This document shows, piece after piece, positions 14,151-14,699 of a stretch of DNA of 14,699 bases. Position numbers and translations under genes: made by a program. Where the stretch lies: IMG/VR virus record IMGVR_UViG_3300029998_000021; one strand, written 5' to 3'. Below the pieces are notes generated by a model. The model ran no database searches and was not told the origin of the DNA. It worked only from the letters and a program-made list of their open reading frames with translations. Position 1 is the stretch's first letter, and each line of letters begins with the position of its first letter. This DNA is from a virus (lineage: Duplodnaviria > Heunggongvirae > Uroviricota > Caudoviricetes).

Positions 14151-14699
14151 TTAATTTAAATTATCAATTAATTTTAAATTTTTCTCAAAACTTCTTAATG
14201 ATTTATAAAAAGCTTCAATATCAGTTTCGTATAATTTTATTATCTCCTCAAACATTTTTATTTTACCAGAAAACTCACTTCTAAGGCTCTCATTTTGAAT
14301 TTTACTTAAAGTATCATACATTAATCTATTGTTAATATATAATGTATCTAAAAAAACAAATCTATGCAAAATAGATGATGATATTTCATATACTTTTTCT
14401 ATTTTAAGAATATCATATGCGGTTATTGCATAATTTTTACCTCCATTTCTCTTCAAAAAATCATAAATCCATGTTATTTTAAATGGAACTTCTTCTTTAA
14501 CCTTTCCGCCATCTGACATCGTATTTTCATTCTGCTCATATCTAGAAAAATTATTCTGTATTATAGTATCTATCAAATCAACTTTATACATTATTGGCAA
14601 ATAGTCAAAATTTACAGCAAACAAAACATTTTTATTATTCACAAGTTTTAATTGTCTTTCTAAAATACCATTTTCATTCTTATTAGGCACTGGAGGTAT
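14151..14699 (-). CDS. gp2: DNA end protector protein, T4 gp2-like (5'-truncated by the window edge)
   Basis: LFAVNFDYLPIMYKVDLIDTI resembles T4 gp2 [21 protein letters not shown], and PFKITW...YAITAY...KVYEIS..ILHRFVFL resembles KLKIDW...QMIKAY...LVEIAP.DW.NVVLM. The frame is open to 14699 (ATA CCT CCA GTG), so the GTG at 14690 is probably not the start. Confidence 0.6.
   Translation of the reverse strand: MPPVPNKNENGILERQLKLVNNKNVLFAVNFDYLPIMYKVDLIDTIIQNNFSRYEQNENTMSDGGKVKEEVPFKITWIYDFLKRNGGKNYAITAYDILKIEKVYEISSSILHRFVFLDTLYINNRLMYDTLSKIQNESLRSEFSGKIKMFEEIIKLYETDIEAFYKSLRSFEKNLKLIDNLN

Noticed and set aside
1-14699. Stop-codon reassignment, introns/inteins, tRNA or rRNA genes
   Set aside because: Genes are full length in code 11, with TGA and TAA both used as real stops and no TAG-interrupted genes seen. 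No interrupted structural genes, intein motifs or cloverleaf-like sequences were seen.

Overview
AT-rich fragment of a large T4-like tailed phage genome, probably infecting Bacteroidota (inferred from TAnnTTTG promoters and A-rich, SD-less start regions). It holds the head-assembly module on the minus strand: portal (gp20-like), a 183-aa acidic protein, a fused prohead protease-scaffold (gp21+gp22-like) with twelve 14-aa tandem repeats, and the major capsid protein (gp23-like). A truncated gp2-like DNA end protector lies at the right edge. Directly downstream of the capsid gene is one ORF fusing a Zn-ribbon/23-aa-repeat/PD-(D/E)xK homing-endonuclease-like module to a Mu Mom-like adenine-modifying GNAT domain. 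After it comes a tight glycan operon (GT-A-like, FkbM/NoeI-like methyltransferase, GT10, GT32, and an exostosin/GT47-like gene missing from the ORF track). A Stealth phosphotransferase sits on the other side of the head genes. Other hand-found signals: the 183-aa gene carries a duplicated piece of the portal C-terminus, a 38-bp near-identical promoter precedes both the protease-scaffold and capsid genes, and two small plus-strand genes sit back-to-back with late promoters. All family calls come from recalled motifs; no database search was run, and identities were counted by hand.
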